Source: an uncultured Verrucomicrobiae bacterium (GTDB lineage: Bacteria > Verrucomicrobiota > Verrucomicrobiia > Chthoniobacterales > JAFAMB01). Taken from it: DNA of 64,000 bases. Positions 8,354-17,570 of the stretch are shown here, piece after piece. A program made the position numbers and the translations under genes. Below the pieces are notes generated by a model that did not search any database, was not told the DNA's origin, and worked only from the letters and a program-made list of their open reading frames with translations. The first letter of the stretch is position 1. Every line of letters starts with the position of its first letter. The DNA is taken from contig CAWIPH010000002.1 of the NCBI GenBank assembly GCA_963837955.1, forward strand, positions 4,032,001-4,096,000, given 5' to 3'.

Positions 8354-9441
8354 GCGCTAAGCTTTCACTCGACGAAATCCGGAAAAAGATCGACGAGATC
8401 GATTCGGAGTTGATCCGCCTGCTCAATAGCAGGGCCGATCTCGTTTACGAAGTCGGACTCATCAAAAAGGAAGCGGGACTTTCGATTTACTCACCAGAGC
8501 GCGAGGAAGCGCTCCTACAAAGCTTGGTACAGAAGAGCCAAGGACGCCTGCCCGAACTAGCGATCAGAGCAATCTATCGGGAGATCATGTCGGCATCATT
8601 GGCGCTGGAAAAAGAGCTTTGCATTGCCTTTCTTGGTCCAGAAGCAACCTGGACCCATCAGGCTGCCCGCTCCAAATTTGGCGCTTCAGTTAGGTACTCA
8701 CCCCAATCCAGCATTAGCGACGTGTTCGACCGCGTGACGCGTGGAGCAGCGGACTACGGAGTTGTGCCGATCGAAAACTCCGTGGAAGGCGCAGTGAATC
8801 ACACTCTGGATGTATTTATGGATTCGGAGCTGAAGATCTGCGCGCAGATTCTCCTCCGAATTCAAAATGATCTGCTCTCCAGAGAACGGCTGGAAAATAT
8901 CCGGAAGATCTACTCTCATCCCCAGGTTTTCGGACAATGCCGAGGCTGGCTTCAGGAACATGCTCGGGACTTGGAATTGATTGAAGTTTCTAGCACAACC
9001 CGAGCGGCCCAACTCGCAGCCAACGAGGCCGGGGCCGCAGCTCTAGCCAGCGCTATGGCCGCAGAGGTTTACGGTCTGCGGATTCTCGAACGCTCGGTCC
9101 AAGACAGCCCCAACAACACAACCCGTTTTCTGGTGATCTCCCACGCAACCTGCCCACCGACCAAAGACGATAAGACCTCTCTCATGTTTTGCGTCCAAGA
9201 CCGCGTAGGTGCCCTCTACTCCGCTCTGGAGCCGTTTAGCCGGCTGAAGCTCAGTATGAGTAAGATCGAGAGCCGGCCATCCAAGCGGAAGAATTGGGAA
9301 TATTTCTTCTTCGTCGACATCGAAGGCCATTGCGATGATGAGCTCGTAAGAGCTGCGATCGCTGATCTAGAGAAGCATTGCACGTTCGTGAAGGTGCTCG
9401 GCAGTTATCCGAAAACGGAAGCAGTCGGAGAGTTAAGCTAG
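8350..9441 (+). CDS. pheA: Bifunctional chorismate mutase/prephenate dehydratase
   Basis: AroQ N-terminus LDEIRKKIDEID; GVVPIENSVEG, NTTRF, KIESRP; TTG start overlaps the scpB stop. Confidence 0.95.
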   Translation: MSAKLSLDEIRKKIDEIDSELIRLLNSRADLVYEVGLIKKEAGLSIYSPEREEALLQSLVQKSQGRLPELAIRAIYREIMSASLALEKELCIAFLGPEATWTHQAARSKFGASVRYSPQSSISDVFDRVTRGAADYGVVPIENSVEGAVNHTLDVFMDSELKICAQILLRIQNDLLSRERLENIRKIYSHPQVFGQCRGWLQEHARDLELIEVSSTTRAAQLAANEAGAAALASAMAAEVYGLRILERSVQDSPNNTTRFLVISHATCPPTKDDKTSLMFCVQDRVGALYSALEPFSRLKLSMSKIESRPSKRKNWEYFFFVDIEGHCDDELVRAAIADLEKHCTFVKVLGSYPKTEAVGELS

Positions 9442-9496
9442 GGGTTGCCGCAAAACGGCAGCGGCGACTGGCCAACAGAACCGCGAGCATGCCGAT

Positions 9497-9538
9497 GGCC
9501 AACATCCAACTTGCAACCTATAACCTGCAACCTCCGAC
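9497..9538. repeat. Degenerate heptamer tandem array (nnnCAAC)x6
   Basis: GGCCAAC ATCCAAC TTGCAAC CTATAAC CTGCAAC CTCCGAC, between the convergent pheA and Lrp-family genes. Confidence 0.55.
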
Positions 9539-9548
9539 TCGTCTCTCT

Positions 9549-10127
9549 CTATTTCCCCACATAAATCGCTTCGTTTGGCCAATCCGAGCGCAAGTAACCA
9601 TTAGCCATATTCACAAGCGGAAGATAGTTGCGCATGACACGAACAGGCGAGAGCAATCGAATCGTGGAGATTTCCTCGATCGAATCGGCTCCATGGTTTT
9701 TGAGCAAGCTCGGAATCAGCTCTTCGTGGGTTCGCTGAACAATATCCAGGTCGCTATTTCCATCCACAAAAAGCAGCAGGGCAACCTTTCCGTCGATCTC
9801 GGCAATGTGGCTCTCGAATATCGTTTCCGTGAAAACTCTTTGTTGGCTGGACTCGGATCGAATCTCTTCGACCAATTGATTGTAGGTCACCCCGACGCGG
9901 AATTTAATAATATAGAGATGCCTGGCGTTGTATTGCTTGGCTCCGTCAGCCGAAAGGTCAAGGTTCGTGAAATAGGCTAGGAGACCCTCCTGTTCTAGCC
10001 GCAATCGTTTGCGGCTCACGGTGCGGACGTTTACTCCGGTGAGCTCTCCGATACGGTTATCTGACTCGCGAGGATCGCGAATGAGCTGACGGATGATGGC
10101 CTTTTCTTGCTCATCTAAAATTCTCAT
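9549..10127 (-). CDS. Lrp/AsnC family transcriptional regulator
   Basis: N-terminal LDEQEKAIIRQLIRDPRESDNRIGELTGVNVRTVSRKRLRLEQEGLL HTH; divergent from gltB. Confidence 0.85.
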   Translation of the reverse strand: MRILDEQEKAIIRQLIRDPRESDNRIGELTGVNVRTVSRKRLRLEQEGLLAYFTNLDLSADGAKQYNARHLYIIKFRVGVTYNQLVEEIRSESSQQRVFTETIFESHIAEIDGKVALLLFVDGNSDLDIVQRTHEELIPSLLKNHGADSIEEISTIRLLSPVRVMRNYLPLVNMANGYLRSDWPNEAIYVGK

Positions 10128-10314
10128 GCCAATGTAAACAACAGGTTAAGGCGGTGCCAGCGTATCCCATCTCTCCACCCTGGCTCCGAACTTGAATAGT
10201 ATTTGCACCAATTATTCCAAAACTGGACCGGTTGCGACTAAAACCGTCAACTAAACGCTCAGTTTGGTCTTGAAACACGCAATTACGCCCTTATTTTTAC
10301 CAGTTTGTTTCGCC

Positions 10315-13300
10315 ATGAATGATGGGATTATCGACAGAATAGCAGGGCATCCGAGATCGTTGTATCAACCGGAAGAAGAACACGACTCTTGCGGGGTGGG
10401 ATTCGTGGCTGCCATCGACGGTCAGCGCTCCAATCGCGTATTGCGGTATGGGCTGACTTCCGTGTGCAACATGGTTCATCGTGGCGCCGTCGATGCGGAT
10501 GCCAAGACAGGCGACGGATCCGGGGTCATGACTCAGATCCCATATAAAATCTTTCGTCGCGAAATTGCCAAACTAGGGCACACGCTCTTTAACGATACCG
10601 ATTTGGGCATCGGATTTGTATTCCTTCCCCACGATAACGCCTACGCTCAGGCACGGGCTAAAGCGATCGTCGAAGAAGTGCTCCGGGATCGGCAGTTATT
10701 CCAATTCGGTTGGCGCGAGGTGCCACTCAACATAATGGTCTTAGGAGAAAAGGCGCAATTGACCATGCCCAGGATCGAGCAAGTCCTGATCGGTCGCGGC
10801 GCCGCGATGAGTGACGAGGAGTACGAGCGGCGACTGTTTCTGGCCCGAAATGAAATCGAGAAACGGGCACAGCTTGATAATATCCGTAATTTTTACATTT
10901 CGTCGTTTTCACACCGGGTAGTGATTTACAAAGGCCTGCTAACTGCCGTTTCGCTGGAGAAATTTTATCGAGATCTCGGCGATCCGGATTACGAGACTGC
11001 TATCTGCGTTTTTCACGAACGGTACAGCACAAACACTTTTCCTACTTGGCCGCTCAGTCAGCCGTTCCGGATCCTTGGCCACAATGGAGAAATCAACACT
11101 ATCCGCGGTAACCGGAACTGGATGCGCGCACGAGAACCCGAACTGACGGCAGAGTTCTGGAAAGATGACATCGACCTCTTAAAGCCGGTCATTCAGCCAG
11201 GCGGATCCGACTCAGCCAGCCTCGATAACGCCCTCGAAGTTCTCATGATGTCCGGACGGGAGATGCTGCACGCGATAACGATGTTGGTCCCGCCGGCCTG
11301 GCGAACAGATGAGCGGATGTCGCCAGAGACGAAAGGATTTTACGAATATCATCGTTGTTTCAACGAACCGTGGGATGGCCCCGCCGGTCTTGTGTTCAGC
11401 AACGGGGTTGTGGCCGGTGCGTGCCTGGACCGGAATGGACTTCGGCCAGCTCGCTACAAGATCACCGAAGACGGGATTTTTACGATCGGCTCCGAAGTGG
11501 GCTGCATGGAGATCGACGACACTAAAGTCGTAGAAAAAGGAAGGCTCGCGCCTGGCGAAATGATCGCCGTCGATACGAGATCCGGAAAGCTTCTCCGAGA
11601 CCGCGACATTAAGCAACGCCTGGCGACACAGCGCCCCTATCTCGATTGGGTCAATCAGAATCTGATCCGCTTGCAAAAACTCGCTAGCCCCGACTTGCAG
11701 CCGCTGACAGGGGAGCTTGATATCCTGAGCTTAACGCAGCGGCAAGTTGCCTTTGGATATAACAGCGAGGAACTTGATCTAATTTTGAGACCGATGGCCA
11801 AGGATGGCCAGGAAGCGGTTGGGTCGATGGGCGACGACACGCCGTTGGCGGTGTTATCATTGCAGCCTCGCCTGCTCTACACCTATTTCCGCCAACTTTT
11901 CGCGCAGGTGACCAACCCGCCGATTGACCCGATTCGAGAGAAGCTGGTGATGTCACTCGCGACTATCATGGGTTGGCGCCGCAACCTCTTGGCGGAAACC
12001 CCGGAACACGCGAAGCTCGTGTTTTCGGAATCACCGATCTTGCTGCCGCAAGAGTTGGACCAGCTAAGCAACCTCCCAGACACATACCATAAGGCAGTCC
12101 AGATTTCGGTTCTGTGGCCCATCGCCGAAGGCGAGGCGGGTTTGGAAAAGGCCCTCAGACGGATCGCGGTGGAGGCCGAACAAGCCGTCGACTCAGAGAC
12201 ACGCCTGATCATTTTGTCAGATCAAGGTGTCGATCACGCTCACATTGCGATCCCGATGCTGTTGGCAGTTGGCGCCGTGCACAACCAGCTGATTCGGGGC
12301 GGCAAACGAATGAAGTGCAGCATTATCTGTGAGACCGGAGAGGCGCGAGATGTGCACCAGGTTGCCTGCCTCATCGGCTTTGGTGCCAGCGCTGTTTGCC
12401 CTTACCTGGGGTACGAGACGATGCGGGAATTGTTGGAACGAGGATCGCTGGGAGACGATCTGACCTACGAGAAGGTGATCCGGAACTACAAATCGGCACT
12501 CGAAAAGGGATTGCTAAAAATCATGTCGAAGATGGGCATATCCATGATCGACAGTTACCGTGGAGCCCAGATTTTTGAAGCAATTGGACTGAGTTCTGAG
12601 GTTATCGACAACTATTTCGCGGGTACCCCATCGAAAATCGAGGGAATCGATCTAGTCGACATCGCGCGCGAAAGCCTGACTCGTCACCAGCGAGCGTTTG
12701 CTCATGCTATTCCAGATGAGGGAGCAACGGAGCTGGATGATCCGGGGTTCTATCGATTCCGCAGACAGGGAGAGCAACATGCGGTCACGCCTCCGGTCAT
12801 CAAGAACTTTCACACCTTTGTGAAATCCAATAAGCCGGAGGATTACAAGGCTTACGCCGACGCGGTCAAGGCGGTTCGTCCTAACGCCCTACGCGATCTC
12901 CTGCAAATGGTTCCCACAGGAAAGCCGCCTCTGCCACTCGATGAAGTCGAACCGATCGAAGAAATTCGGCGTCGCTTTACGACGGCCGGCATGTCGCTCG
13001 GTGCCTTGAGTCCGGAAGCACATGAATGTCTGGCGATCGCCATGAACCGGATCGGTGGAAAATCAAACTCCGGTGAAGGAGGCGAAGATCCGGAACGCTT
13101 TCATCGACGACCTAATGGCGATTGGCCTAATAGTGCGATTAAACAAATCGCGCAGGCTCGATTCGGGGTCACCGCTACCTACCTGGCCGCCGCGAAAGAG
13201 ATTGAGATAAAAATGGCGCAAGGCGCAAAGCCTGGAGAAGGAGGTCAATTGCCGGGACACAAGGTCAGCGCACTGATCGCCCGCCTGCGAAAGAGCACTC

Positions 13301-14886
13301 CCGGTGTACCTCTCATTTCTCCGCCACCACATCATGATATCTATTCTATTGAGGATCTGGCGCAGTTGATTTACGACCTGAAACAGGTGAATCCACGCGC
13401 CAAGGTATGCGTGAAATTGGTTGCCGAGGCGGGTGTGGGCACCGTCGCAGCCGGAGTCGCCAAGGCGCACGCTGATACGATCTTGATCAGCGGCCACGAT
13501 GGAGGGACAGGTGCGTCACCGCAAAGCTCTATTAAGCATGCCGGAAGCGCATGGGAGCTGGGGGTTGCCGAAGCTCATCAAGTCCTCATGTTGAACGGTT
13601 TGCGCAACCGGATCACGCTCCGGACGGATGGAGGTATGCGGACCGGTGAAGATATCGTTTTTGCGGCGCTGTTGGGAGCCGAAGAATTTAACTTTGGTAC
13701 GACCGCCCTGATCGCCTCGGGCTGCGTCTATGTGCGGCAATGCCATCTCAACACCTGCCCAGTCGGCGTCGCAACCCAGGACGAGCGGCTCCGCGCAAAG
13801 TTCAAGGGCAAGCCGGAGTATATCGTGAATTACTTCAACGGAGTTGCCCAAGAAGTGCGCGAACTAATGGCTGCACTCGGAATCGCCACTTTCAATGATC
13901 TGGTCGGACGCGTTGAGTTTCTGCGGCAACGAGAGATTCAGAATCATCCGAAGGCCAACAAAATTAATCTCTCTCGTCTCCTTGCGAATGTTACGAAGGG
14001 AGACAATTCCCAACCGAGGCACAACACCTGGGAGCGCAATGATCCGAATTGGGGACGCCGATTGGATGATACTGTCCTGCAAGATGCTCGCGACGCGGTG
14101 CAGGACCAGCTCCCGATTGTTCTTAATTATCGGGTCAAAAACACGAATCGGGCAGTTGGAACCAAGTTGTCCGGGGAAATTGCCTACCTTTGGGGCGAAC
14201 AAGGCTTACCGGAGAACACCATCCAACTCAATTTACGAGGCAGTGCTGGACAAAGCCTTGGCGCTTTTCTCAGCCCAGGCGTGAAAATTATACTTTCCGG
14301 CGAAGCCAACGATTACGTTGGCAAAGGAATGAGTGGCGGTGAGATAGTTCTGAAGCTATCGCCTGGCGCTAAGTTTGTTGCGCACGAGAACTTCATCGCT
14401 GGCAATACTTGCCTATACGGAGCTACCGGTGGCGCTTTCTTCGCGGCCGGCCGCGCCGGCGAACGATTCGCGGTACGGAACTCGGGAGCAACAGCGGTCA
14501 TCGAAGGAGTTGGCGACCATGGTTGCGAATACATGACCCGTGGCACCGTTTTGGTCCTGGGTACGACCGGGAAAAATTTCGGGGCCGGGATGACTGGTGG
14601 AACCGCTTACGTCCTGGATTTGAAAGAGGAATTTCTTTTGGATCTCAATCCTGAGTTGGTCGCGGCAACCCGCTTAAGTGAAGAAGAGGATATCGTCACC
14701 GTAAAGGAATTGATTTATAAACACCTGGAGCGCACCGAGAGCAGCCGCGCCAAAGAGATTCTGGCGCAGTGGCCGGCTTACCAGGACAAATTTTGGAGAG
14801 TGCGACCGATTTACGTTCCGCCGGTAGTGAAACCAGCTGCAGAGCCGGCTCCTACGATCGTGGAACCGAGCGGAGCAAAAGATTAG
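10315..14886 (+). CDS. gltB: Glutamate synthase large subunit
   Basis: Ntn amidotransferase start EHDSCGVGF, HNGEINT, EPWDGPA, GGKSNSGEGGED, AQGAKPGEGGQLPG, [3Fe-4S] motif CVYVRQCHLNTC, and a GXGXG domain; ATG at 10315. Confidence 0.97.
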   Translation: MNDGIIDRIAGHPRSLYQPEEEHDSCGVGFVAAIDGQRSNRVLRYGLTSVCNMVHRGAVDADAKTGDGSGVMTQIPYKIFRREIAKLGHTLFNDTDLGIGFVFLPHDNAYAQARAKAIVEEVLRDRQLFQFGWREVPLNIMVLGEKAQLTMPRIEQVLIGRGAAMSDEEYERRLFLARNEIEKRAQLDNIRNFYISSFSHRVVIYKGLLTAVSLEKFYRDLGDPDYETAICVFHERYSTNTFPTWPLSQPFRILGHNGEINTIRGNRNWMRAREPELTAEFWKDDIDLLKPVIQPGGSDSASLDNALEVLMMSGREMLHAITMLVPPAWRTDERMSPETKGFYEYHRCFNEPWDGPAGLVFSNGVVAGACLDRNGLRPARYKITEDGIFTIGSEVGCMEIDDTKVVEKGRLAPGEMIAVDTRSGKLLRDRDIKQRLATQRPYLDWVNQNLIRLQKLASPDLQPLTGELDILSLTQRQVAFGYNSEELDLILRPMAKDGQEAVGSMGDDTPLAVLSLQPRLLYTYFRQLFAQVTNPPIDPIREKLVMSLATIMGWRRNLLAETPEHAKLVFSESPILLPQELDQLSNLPDTYHKAVQISVLWPIAEGEAGLEKALRRIAVEAEQAVDSETRLIILSDQGVDHAHIAIPMLLAVGAVHNQLIRGGKRMKCSIICETGEARDVHQVACLIGFGASAVCPYLGYETMRELLERGSLGDDLTYEKVIRNYKSALEKGLLKIMSKMGISMIDSYRGAQIFEAIGLSSEVIDNYFAGTPSKIEGIDLVDIARESLTRHQRAFAHAIPDEGATELDDPGFYRFRRQGEQHAVTPPVIKNFHTFVKSNKPEDYKAYADAVKAVRPNALRDLLQMVPTGKPPLPLDEVEPIEEIRRRFTTAGMSLGALSPEAHECLAIAMNRIGGKSNSGEGGEDPERFHRRPNGDWPNSAIKQIAQARFGVTATYLAAAKEIEIKMAQGAKPGEGGQLPGHKVSALIARLRKSTPGVPLISPPPHHDIYSIEDLAQLIYDLKQVNPRAKVCVKLVAEAGVGTVAAGVAKAHADTILISGHDGGTGASPQSSIKHAGSAWELGVAEAHQVLMLNGLRNRITLRTDGGMRTGEDIVFAALLGAEEFNFGTTALIASGCVYVRQCHLNTCPVGVATQDERLRAKFKGKPEYIVNYFNGVAQEVRELMAALGIATFNDLVGRVEFLRQREIQNHPKANKINLSRLLANVTKGDNSQPRHNTWERNDPNWGRRLDDTVLQDARDAVQDQLPIVLNYRVKNTNRAVGTKLSGEIAYLWGEQGLPENTIQLNLRGSAGQSLGAFLSPGVKIILSGEANDYVGKGMSGGEIVLKLSPGAKFVAHENFIAGNTCLYGATGGAFFAAGRAGERFAVRNSGATAVIEGVGDHGCEYMTRGTVLVLGTTGKNFGAGMTGGTAYVLDLKEEFLLDLNPELVAATRLSEEEDIVTVKELIYKHLERTESSRAKEILAQWPAYQDKFWRVRPIYVPPVVKPAAEPAPTIVEPSGAKD

Positions 14887-14889
14887 CCT

Positions 14890-15279
14890 ATGGAGCTGGT
14901 GACTCAACTTGCATTGTTTCTTAAGAACAAACCAGGGACGTTGGCTGCAGTTTGTGACGCGTTAGCGGAGGCTAATATCAACATCTTCGCTTTAACGATT
15001 TCAGACACAGTCGACCATTCGGTGGTGCGCATGGTCGTGAGTGACACCGACAAGGCGCTTTCGATCTTTGAGGCGCACGGAACGCTGGTAGTCGAGAACG
15101 AAGTATTGATGGTCGAGCATGATAATCATCCTGGAACCCTTTCGGAGATCGCCAAAAAACTTGCGGAGAACAAAGTGAATATCGAGTACGCCTACCTCAC
15201 GGGCGGCCCTCACTCGAAAACAGGTCTGGCAATTCTCCGACCCGACGACGTCAAGAAGGCGATCGAAATACTGGGGTAA
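14890..15279 (+). CDS. Tandem ACT-domain protein
   Basis: QLALFLKNKPGTLAAVCDALAEANINI and NHPGTLSEIAKKLAENKVNIEYAY; starts 3 nt after the gltB stop. Confidence 0.9.
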   Translation: MELVTQLALFLKNKPGTLAAVCDALAEANINIFALTISDTVDHSVVRMVVSDTDKALSIFEAHGTLVVENEVLMVEHDNHPGTLSEIAKKLAENKVNIEYAYLTGGPHSKTGLAILRPDDVKKAIEILG

Positions 15280-15424
15280 TTCAGTCCGCCATCACTTCGT
15301 CAGCACCATACCTGCTCATAAGGCATCAGCGTGCGAGACCGTATGGGAACTGAGGACCACACGGTGTGCCCCAGGTTGACGCATGCGCAGCCGGGGGGCT
15401 TGGAATAGAAGCAAGAAGGGTCCC

Positions 15425-15651
15425 GTCCCGGATGGGACGCGGTGAAAGTAGCCCAGCACTTCAGTGCTGGGATAGCGTTAAAGAGGCGTCCGTCCCGCCA
15501 GGGACGATCGATTCACCCTCTGCGCTCGTGTGAAGTCGGATTGAAAGCCATTACCTCCACGTTTCGATCGTCCCTAACGGGACGGCACCCGCTTTATACC
15601 GTCTACCCAGCAATAAATTGCTGGGCTACTATCACGATGTCCCTACGGGAC
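15425..15651. repeat. Family-C long palindromic REPIN-like element
   Basis: Outer arms GTCCCGGATGGGAC..AGTAGCCCAGCACTTCAGTGCTGGG / CCCAGCAATAAATTGCTGGGCTACT..GTCCCTACGGGAC; inner arms CCGTCCCGCCAGGGACGATCGA / TCGATCGTCCCTAACGGGACGG. Confidence 0.75.
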
Positions 15652-15874
15652 AGATCTCTTGACGTGCGCGCACAGCACTTGGCTCCTAAGCGTAAACACG
15701 GGGATGCCCACTGTGAAAAACACTCGCCGCGCCGGGTTGAAGTTGCTGAAAGTTCGAGATCCCGTTGGGACGCACTGTCCGTCGTAGCCTCTGGCACCAT
15801 CAACCTCATGGCGAATCCACTGGCGTAGCCGGAAGGGAAGCCGCTTCCGCACTTCGCCAATTTCTCCAACCCGC

Positions 15875-16291
15875 CTACTTCTTTTCCGTCTTCTTCTCCG
15901 GCTTCTCGTCGAGCTCGATCTTTGACTCGGTTACCGGTTGATCAACCCATTCCACGAAAGCCATCGGGGCAGCATCGCTCTGGCGGAAACCCAACTTTAC
16001 GATCCGAACGTAGCCTCCCTGACGAGTACCGGAGCGCGGCGCTACGTCTGAGAACAATTTTCGGACCGCTTCTTTTTGACGAAGAAAAGCAAAGGCGAGA
16101 CGGCGCGCGTGGAGATCGTTCCGTTTGCCAAGAGTGACCATTTTCTCGGCCAGAGGCCGTACAGCTTTCGCTTTCGCCAAAGTGGTCTTGATCCGGCTAT
16201 GCTCGATCAAGCTGCAAATTTGATTGGCTAGCAACAAATTCCGATGTTCGGCTTTGCGGCCCAATTTGATGGTCTTCTTAGTGTGACGCAT
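15875..16291 (-). CDS. rplQ: 50S ribosomal protein L17
   Basis: MRHTKKTIKLGRKAEHR...IKTTLAKAK...GGYVRIVKLGFRQSDAAPMA. Confidence 0.97.
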   Translation of the reverse strand: MRHTKKTIKLGRKAEHRNLLLANQICSLIEHSRIKTTLAKAKAVRPLAEKMVTLGKRNDLHARRLAFAFLRQKEAVRKLFSDVAPRSGTRQGGYVRIVKLGFRQSDAAPMAFVEWVDQPVTESKIELDEKPEKKTEKK

Positions 16292-16297
16292 AGGTCG

Positions 16298-17335
16298 TTA
16301 AAGCGTAACCAATTTGCCGTCGTCGTTGTTGCGATCACCGGCAAGCGAGGGCTCAACTAACCCGGATTCAAATTTCATTCCGAGGCTCAAACCCAATTGC
16401 TGCAATTTCTCCTTGATCTCGTTGAGCGATTTCTTTCCAAAGTTGCGGTATTTCAACATCTCCGCCTCGGTCTTCATAGCCAATTGGCCGACCGTGGTAA
16501 TGTTGGCGTTGTTCAAGCAATTTGCGGCACGGACCGACAGCTCGATCTCGTTCACGCTCATGTTCAACATCTTCTTGAGACGGGTGTTCTCTTGACTGAC
16601 TTCTTCTGAAGTTTCATCAAACTCCACCTGGCTGTCATCGTAATTGACGAAGACATCCAAATGATGACGCAGGATGGCTGAAGCTTGTAGTAGCGCGTCG
16701 TCCGGAGTGATTCGTCCATCGGTCCAGATCTCCAAGATTAGCTTATCGTAATCGGTACGCTGACCGACTCGAGTGTTTTCCACGGCGTACTTTACCCGAG
16801 TGACTGGTGAAAAGATGGAATCGATCGGGATCACACCAATCGGCATATCGGGACGCTTATTTTCATCTCCCGTAAAAAATCCGCGACCTACCCGCACTTC
16901 AAACTCTGCTTCGAACTTCTGTTTCTTATCGAGCGTGCAGATAATCTGATCTGTGTTCAAGACCTCGATCCCAGCAGTCGTTTGAATGTCGCTGGCCGTG
17001 ACCATGCCCTCCTTGTTTACGCTAATCGAGACGGTGCGCGGTTCGTGGTCGACCGCCTTAAACCGAATCTTTTTCAGATTCAGAACGATATCAGTGACAT
17101 CCTCAACGATGCCTGGCAGTGCCGCAAACTCGTGTTGCGCGCCAGTGATTCGGGCAGTGGTGATGGCTGCTCCTTCCAGCGAAGAGAGAAGAACCCGACG
17201 GAGCGAATTCCCGACGGTGTGGCCATAGCCGGCCTCAAAAGGCTCGGCGACAAATTTAGCGTATGTTTCAGTGCTGGTAGCCTCATCCTTGGTCAGGCTT
17301 TTCGGCATCTCGAAACGTCCAAGACGAACAGTCAT
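16298..17335 (-). CDS. rpoA: DNA-directed RNA polymerase subunit alpha
   Basis: EPFEAGYGHTVGNSLRRVLLSSLEG, RVGQRTDYDKL, alpha-CTD ELSVRAANCL...NFGKKSL; ATG at 17335. Confidence 0.97.
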   Translation of the reverse strand: MTVRLGRFEMPKSLTKDEATSTETYAKFVAEPFEAGYGHTVGNSLRRVLLSSLEGAAITTARITGAQHEFAALPGIVEDVTDIVLNLKKIRFKAVDHEPRTVSISVNKEGMVTASDIQTTAGIEVLNTDQIICTLDKKQKFEAEFEVRVGRGFFTGDENKRPDMPIGVIPIDSIFSPVTRVKYAVENTRVGQRTDYDKLILEIWTDGRITPDDALLQASAILRHHLDVFVNYDDSQVEFDETSEEVSQENTRLKKMLNMSVNEIELSVRAANCLNNANITTVGQLAMKTEAEMLKYRNFGKKSLNEIKEKLQQLGLSLGMKFESGLVEPSLAGDRNNDDGKLVTL

Positions 17336-17570
17336 AAGTTTGTTTAACGGATTAGCCGGGTTACCCCTGGCGCGTGCGGCTCGCAACCTGAAGGTTGAAG
17401 CCCAGGGACCTACGGCGTTTTACTGCTCGCGCGGAGCCGAGACAAAGCCATAGAGCAACTCGGTTGTCAAGTGACCGAGGGGACCGGCGGCGACAGACAA
17501 AGTGGTACCCCTCGCCCGAACATTGCCTTTCGTGGCTACCAATGCAAAAATATTTGAGGAGGCGCAAACT

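Noticed and set aside
10141..10240. Possible sigma54 promoters for the Lrp gene (TGGCACCGCC...) or gltB (TGGACCGGTTGC), and an NtrC-like half site TGCACCA
   Set aside because: GG-N10-GC spacing is not satisfied, and the second NtrC half-site is missing.
10247..10262. TCAACTAAAC upstream of gltB, matching 10 nt of the TetR operator
   Set aside because: The right arm AGTTGA is absent; it could be chance.
15442..15869. ORFs of 128, 88 and 69 aa between the ACT gene and rplQ
   Set aside because: They overlap the palindromic family-C element and show no protein-family features.
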